Below the pieces are notes generated by a model. It saw only the letters and a list, made by a program, of their open reading frames with translations. It had not been told where the DNA came from and made no database searches. A stretch of DNA of 49,351 nt from Gemmatimonadales bacterium (GTDB lineage: Bacteria; Gemmatimonadota; Gemmatimonadetes; Gemmatimonadales; GWC2-71-9): contig DASQPE010000293.1 in assembly GCA_035644115.1 (NCBI GenBank), forward strand, positions 1-49,351, given 5' to 3'. A program made the position numbers and the translations under genes. The stretch's first letter is position 1. Each line of letters opens with the position of its first letter. Below are positions 44,930-49,351 of this stretch, piece after piece.

Positions 44930-47900
44930 GCGCGCACGGCATCGCCGCGGCCGGAGGCCCGGCCCGCCCTGGCCGGCGAGCTTCGGCCGTCGATCCGCCC
45001 CTCGCGGAGCAGCCGGTGGACCGGATCGGCCCCGATCGTCCCGACCAGTGAGGTCAGATAATCGGCGCCGCTGACGCGTTCCAGCTCTGCCCGAGCGTGC
45101 TCCAGCCGTTTGGCGATCCCGAGCCGCGCCGCCTCGTCGCGGTGGCCGGCACGGGCCAGAAACTCGGTCAGGCTTCCAACGTGACGCTCCCAGAGTGCCA
45201 CGTCCCGCTTCTGTTTGATCGCGAGGCGCTCCCGATACCAGTCGCTCGCGAGCAGCGCTTCGCGGGTGAAGAGCACGCGAATCTCGGGATGGCGGGCGTC
45301 CTTCCCGTCGTAGTGCCCGTACGCCATGATGTGGAGCAGCGCCCTTAGCGGGGGACACGCGTCCTCGATGGTGCCGTCGGCGAAGTACGATTCCGCCACG
45401 CGTTGCTGCGCCTCGACGATGTTGTCGACGCCATCGGCAAAGACCGCAGGGTCCTGAATCTCAGGCTTGAGGATCTCGTCGGTAAACACCGTGGTGGGAT
45501 TGTCGAACACGCGTCCGAAGAAAGTTTGCACGAACCTGGCCGTGATGCGGTAGCCGAGCCGGCTGGCCAGCACAGTTTTCCCGGCGAACTCGTAGTCGTC
45601 CAGCTTCTCCAGGTGGCCGGCCTCGATCAGTCGCTTCGGGTCGCGCTCGTGGGGGAACAACCGGCACCAGATCTCGGGCACCAGCAAGCTGATGTCGTGG
45701 TCCACCCGGTAGCGTGGACCGATGAAGCCGGCAGCGGAGCTGAAGCCGGCGTAGCCGGTGAGCAGCATCGAGACCAGCGCGTTGTTGAGATCCGCCGTCG
45801 GCGCGAGCGCGTTGAACGGCCCTTTGGTGAGCGCGCCCTCGGAGCCGGCGCCGGTAGTGCTCGGCGAGGTCCCGGTGAGGGAGCACACATAATCCATGAA
45901 GAGCTCCGGCAGTTCCTGATAGTGGATGGGTCCGTACACGCAGAGGGGGCGGATGCCCTCTTCCTGCCGGTTGTTCCGGCGACCCGAGAGCACGCTGATC
46001 ACCGGGAACAGCACCGGCGCGTGGAGCGGCAGCCGCCGGTTGAGCCGGGCGCCCATCTCGGCGACGTACCGGTCGCGGGGTCGCGCGAGGTCCGGCCGCA
46101 CCTGCAGATAGCGCGGGTTCTTGGTCCGATTGCCGCCGATGAGCCTGGTGTCGGCCGAGCAGATCGAGTACCCGTCGTCGGTGCGCGCCGCGTTCCGGGC
46201 CACGTGCTCGCGCATCGGCTGGGTGAAGGCGTCGTGGACCGCGACGTCTTCCACGATGCGCTGCGCGTCGTCACGGGTGAGCGGCTGAAAGTTGGAGCAG
46301 AACAGCCCGGACCCGGCCATGTCCTCCTCGGTCTGCCGGTCGAAGCCGGGGTGGATCGCGTCGTCGGGGCGCTGGAACAGCCTGAACTCGCAGTTTTCCG
46401 CCAGCTTGAGGCTTGGATGGCCGTCGTACTCGCCCGGGAGCCCCACCAACCGGCGCGCCGGGACTACCACCGAGGCAGTGATGTCGTCCTCCATCTGGAC
46501 TTTATCCGCCGCCACGAAGTCCTGCCTCAGCTTGTAGGTCCGCCACGCGCCGTTCTCCTGGCGCCCGATCCGGAGATAGCTGGCGACCAGGCGCCGTCCC
46601 TCGTACTTGAGCTCGTGTCCCGGTGCGCCGTTGATGACGTCCACGCTGAAGCGGCGCCGCCAATCCTCCCCCCATTCGGGCCGGAAAAAGCGCTTGATGA
46701 CGAACACCAGCGCACGCACATGGTTTGGAATGCTCTCGAGCCAGGCGTTGTACTCCGGCGTGAACTCGACGGGGTTGGGTGTGAGCAGCTTGATCACCGA
46801 GCCCAGCGACCGATCAGGAGAAAGGATCTGCCGTGAAGGGCCCCGCGCGCTGCCGGGACGGAGCTCCGCCACGAGCGCGTCGTCGTAGCTCCGATCGACG
46901 ATGGCCTGGACCAGCGCCATGTCGTCCTCGAAGCTGCGAACGTAGAAGGACCCGGGCAGCACGGCGTCCACCAGGCTCTTGCTGATCTCGGACTTGCCGC
47001 CGCCCGATACGGTGCACGGCTTGTGGCAAAAGGCACCCTCGGGGACGGTCCCGATCAGGCGCCAGCTCGGCGCCGCGCGGTGCTTGGCCATGCGGACCTT
47101 GTAGCCGCTCGGGTGGATGTAGATCCGGCCAGGGAGAAGCTTGAGGTGTTGCTCCTGGCCGTCGCTCAGCCACTTGATGTCCTGCCGGGTGACGTCGATC
47201 TCCATGTCCTCCGGCATGTAGTGGATCTCGGGGTAGAGGGCATCGGTCGCATAGCCCGAGGCATGGTATTTCGCGCGCTGCCCCACCAGCGCGAGCACTT
47301 CCGCGAACCGGTGGTTCGCGCTCACGATCCTCACGAGATCCGGCACGAACCGGTCGCCCAGATTGAACGTCGCAAAGGCCAGTGCCCCGCCGGCGTGCTC
47401 CTCCTCGGCCAGGCCGAACAGATTCGCACTGTAGCTGATCTGGGTCTTCACTTCCTTCTTACAGTACCCGAAGTAATTGTCGGCCAGGATCGTCACCATC
47501 ACGCCGTCCATGCTGCGCGAGGTCACCTTGAAGGCCTTGCCGTCGTTGTACAGCTCGTTCTCGTTGGCCCAGCACATCCCCGCGGCGCGCTCGGCGTCGG
47601 TGGCCTCGCTCACGTGCGGCAGGCCGAGATCTTTCTTGCGGAGGCGGGTGAGGTGCGGCGCGAGGATCACGCAGCCGCTGTGGCCGGTCCAGCCGTCCAC
47701 GTCGAGGGCGGCGTCATTGCCCGGCAGGTAGGGGTCGCCGGCGTTGCCGAAGATGCTCTCCACAAAGTCCAGGTTGCAGACCAGCCCGCCGGGCGCGAAG
47801 AAGCGCATCTCCATCCGCTTTTCCGGCGTCACCTTGGGGACTGCCGGACACACCAGCGGGCGGAGCAGCAGCGACACCATGGTCTCGACCGGTTCCGTCC

Positions 47901-48477
47901 AGTTGGCGCTGAACGGGAGGCACTTGAGATGAGCGGGCGGCCGCAGCGCCTCCTGGAGCAACCGGATGAACGCCACGAGCGGCACCCGGATCTTGTCCGC
48001 GGGAATCGGGAGACCACCCTCGGCCACGTGGAACACGCCCTGCGTGGTCCGGCGATCGTTGACGGGGTTGTGCAGCACGCCGTTGTCGAGCCGATAGCTC
48101 GACACCAGCTCGTTGTGCCACCCGTCGGCATCGATCGGCAGGGAGAGCTCGCGGGCCAGCCCGTAGTGATCGAGAATGAGCGTCTCGCCGGGGAGCCGCA
48201 CCGGTTCAGGAAAGTCTACCGACGAGAGCAGCCCGTCGATGTAGTTCTGGATCCGCCGGTCGGCGGGGCACAGGTGCTCGGAGAGCAGCCGGGTCTGCTC
48301 GCGGTAGCGGGCGAACAGATCGCCGGCCAGGTGGAGGACCTCCTGATCACCGGTGGCCAGGGGCACCTGGACGCCCATCGCCGCGAGCTTGAGCAGGATC
48401 GAGCGGATGGCGGCACGCCGTTCCGGTAACCATACCGCGCCTTCGGGGCTAAGTCCGACTGCCCGCTCGAGGTCCAT
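44926..48477 (-). CDS. Large conserved cytoplasmic protein (~1183 aa); candidate PPi-dependent PEP carboxykinase-type enzyme (tentative)
   Basis: Uninterrupted ORF with globular, non-repetitive composition and conserved-looking blocks (VFHVAEGGLPIPADK, ILADNYFGYCKKEVKTQISYSANLFG, FCHKPCTVSGGGKSEISK). Length and lack of known domains match my recollection of the ~130-kDa PPi-PEPCK family; not verifiable here. ATG 48477 is preferred over TTG 48495. Shares CTAG with the convergent isochorismatase stop. Confidence 0.45.
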   Translation of the reverse strand: MDLERAVGLSPEGAVWLPERRAAIRSILLKLAAMGVQVPLATGDQEVLHLAGDLFARYREQTRLLSEHLCPADRRIQNYIDGLLSSVDFPEPVRLPGETLILDHYGLARELSLPIDADGWHNELVSSYRLDNGVLHNPVNDRRTTQGVFHVAEGGLPIPADKIRVPLVAFIRLLQEALRPPAHLKCLPFSANWTEPVETMVSLLLRPLVCPAVPKVTPEKRMEMRFFAPGGLVCNLDFVESIFGNAGDPYLPGNDAALDVDGWTGHSGCVILAPHLTRLRKKDLGLPHVSEATDAERAAGMCWANENELYNDGKAFKVTSRSMDGVMVTILADNYFGYCKKEVKTQISYSANLFGLAEEEHAGGALAFATFNLGDRFVPDLVRIVSANHRFAEVLALVGQRAKYHASGYATDALYPEIHYMPEDMEIDVTRQDIKWLSDGQEQHLKLLPGRIYIHPSGYKVRMAKHRAAPSWRLIGTVPEGAFCHKPCTVSGGGKSEISKSLVDAVLPGSFYVRSFEDDMALVQAIVDRSYDDALVAELRPGSARGPSRQILSPDRSLGSVIKLLTPNPVEFTPEYNAWLESIPNHVRALVFVIKRFFRPEWGEDWRRRFSVDVINGAPGHELKYEGRRLVASYLRIGRQENGAWRTYKLRQDFVAADKVQMEDDITASVVVPARRLVGLPGEYDGHPSLKLAENCEFRLFQRPDDAIHPGFDRQTEEDMAGSGLFCSNFQPLTRDDAQRIVEDVAVHDAFTQPMREHVARNAARTDDGYSICSADTRLIGGNRTKNPRYLQVRPDLARPRDRYVAEMGARLNRRLPLHAPVLFPVISVLSGRRNNRQEEGIRPLCVYGPIHYQELPELFMDYVCSLTGTSPSTTGAGSEGALTKGPFNALAPTADLNNALVSMLLTGYAGFSSAAGFIGPRYRVDHDISLLVPEIWCRLFPHERDPKRLIEAGHLEKLDDYEFAGKTVLASRLGYRITARFVQTFFGRVFDNPTTVFTDEILKPEIQDPAVFADGVDNIVEAQQRVAESYFADGTIEDACPPLRALLHIMAYGHYDGKDARHPEIRVLFTREALLASDWYRERLAIKQKRDVALWERHVGSLTEFLARAGHRDEAARLGIAKRLEHARAELERVSGADYLTSLVGTIGADPVHRLLREGRIDGRSSPARAGRASGRGDAVRA

Positions 48478-48640
48478 GCCACGCTCCCAGCACAAGTTGA
48501 GGACACTCCGAGCAACGTCTCACCGGGCAACCCGTCCGTCAACTGGCGCACCGTCTGGAGCCGGCCCCGCCCAGCGCGGCAGGTCACCAAGCCCCGCGGC
48601 AGGGCTCCTTTCCCCACGGTTACTAGCGGCATTGCTCCGT

Positions 48641-49351
48641 TCAGCTGGGATCATCGGCGGGGAACAGATGCGTGACCTGGGGGCGTGAGTCCGACAACGC
48701 ACGGGCCTCCCGCTCGATGGCTGCGTCAGCACCGGTCAGCCGACCGTGGTGCTGCCGGAGATGCTCGTCCCATGACGGGACGATGTAGGTCTCGACGAAA
48801 CGGTTCGCCCTCTCGCCGTCCCGATAGAGCCCCCAGCGGATCGCGCCCGTACTCAATCGCGACAGGCGCACCGCACGCATCGCCTGCAGGAACGCCGTCT
48901 GGCGCTCCGGCGCGACCGTATAGCTGGTGGTGACGAGAACCGGCCCCACGTCGGGCTCGGGGTCGATCGCCAGGTTTGGTTCCGGCCAGTGGAACGACGG
49001 CTCGCGGTTGAGTCCACGGACGTCGAACAACGGCCAGAGAGGGATGGTTGCGGCCCCGGCCAGCAGTGTTGCGGCGGCCAGCAGGAATGTGGTGACCAGT
49101 CCTGTGTACGCAGCAACCAACCCCCACACCAGCGCCCCCAAGGCCTGGGAGCCGAACAGCACCATCTGATACACGGCGAGGCCCCGGGCGCGCACCCACC
49201 CCGGCAGGAACAGCTGCACGGCCGCATTGGTACTCGCTATGACCACGAGCCATGCGGCGCCCGCGGGAACCAGTGCGAGAAAGGCGACCACGGGATCGCG
49301 GACCAGCACGAGCACGACCATGGCTGTTCCGTAGAGCGCGCCAGCAGCCAG
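48641..49351 (-). CDS. MFS transporter (MFS_3/EntS-like), C-terminal part with an extra soluble ABM/ferredoxin-like domain; the 5' end lies beyond the window end
   Basis: The frame is open from 49351 (LAAGALYGTAMVVLVLV...). The last TM helices (GLAVYQMVLFGSQALGALVWGLVAAYTGL, TTFLLAAATLLAGAATI) are followed by VLVTTSYTVAPERQTAFLQAMRAV...IRWGLYRDGERANRFVETYIVPSWDEHLRQH. Confidence 0.8.
   Translation of the reverse strand: MAAGALYGTAMVVLVLVRDPVVAFLALVPAGAAWLVVIASTNAAVQLFLPGWVRARGLAVYQMVLFGSQALGALVWGLVAAYTGLVTTFLLAAATLLAGAATIPLWPLFDVRGLNREPSFHWPEPNLAIDPEPDVGPVLVTTSYTVAPERQTAFLQAMRAVRLSRLSTGAIRWGLYRDGERANRFVETYIVPSWDEHLRQHHGRLTGADAAIEREARALSDSRPQVTHLFPADDPS

Noticed and set aside
1-49351. Genomic island, prophage or defence island signals (integrase, transposase, tRNA target, restriction-modification, toxin-antitoxin, abrupt composition shift)
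   Set aside because: None seen. Composition is uniformly GC-rich apart from short promoter-like AT patches, and the gene content is housekeeping, envelope and signalling.

Overview
GC-rich (by eye about two-thirds G+C) bacterial chromosomal segment, densely coding on both strands. OMP and RND genes point to a Gram-negative-type envelope; the taxon cannot be assigned from sequence alone. I found no rRNA, tRNA, CRISPR array, transposase, integrase or recognisable defence genes. About 40 CDS are supported; many long ORFs in the track are antisense or out-of-frame shadows typical of high-GC DNA, and several track ORFs are over-extended at the 5' end. Left to right: a partial Wzz-type EPS gene; a sigma54 response regulator plus histidine kinase; an NYN/OST-HTH protein coupled to 3-methyladenine glycosylase; an OMP; kbl-tdh; a stand-alone fused formate dehydrogenase alpha subunit; aroH-rlmI; thiE; rho-ruvX-mltG; an M50 protease; two small ORFs, one a DHp-only H-box protein; a six-gene membrane/MoxR/DUF58 cluster; a hybrid PAS kinase plus REC-HD-GYP operon; CHAD plus a CotH-like protein; hom; a metal (copper) cluster of RND, MFP, a Cys/His mini-protein, a small beta-barrel, a His-helix protein and a CopB-type ATPase; an isochorismatase-family gene; a ~1180-aa candidate PPi-PEPCK; and a partial MFS gene. 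The most unusual items are (i) three very long intergenic hairpins whose arms are four tandem heptads, (ii) the functionally unassigned MoxR/DUF58/DUF4350/DUF4129/RDD-SpoIIM neighbourhood with an RDD-SpoIIM fusion, (iii) the non-canonical copper cluster, (iv) the CHAD/CotH-like pair, and (v) the orphan DHp mini-protein. All functional calls rest on motif recognition by eye; no database search was run.
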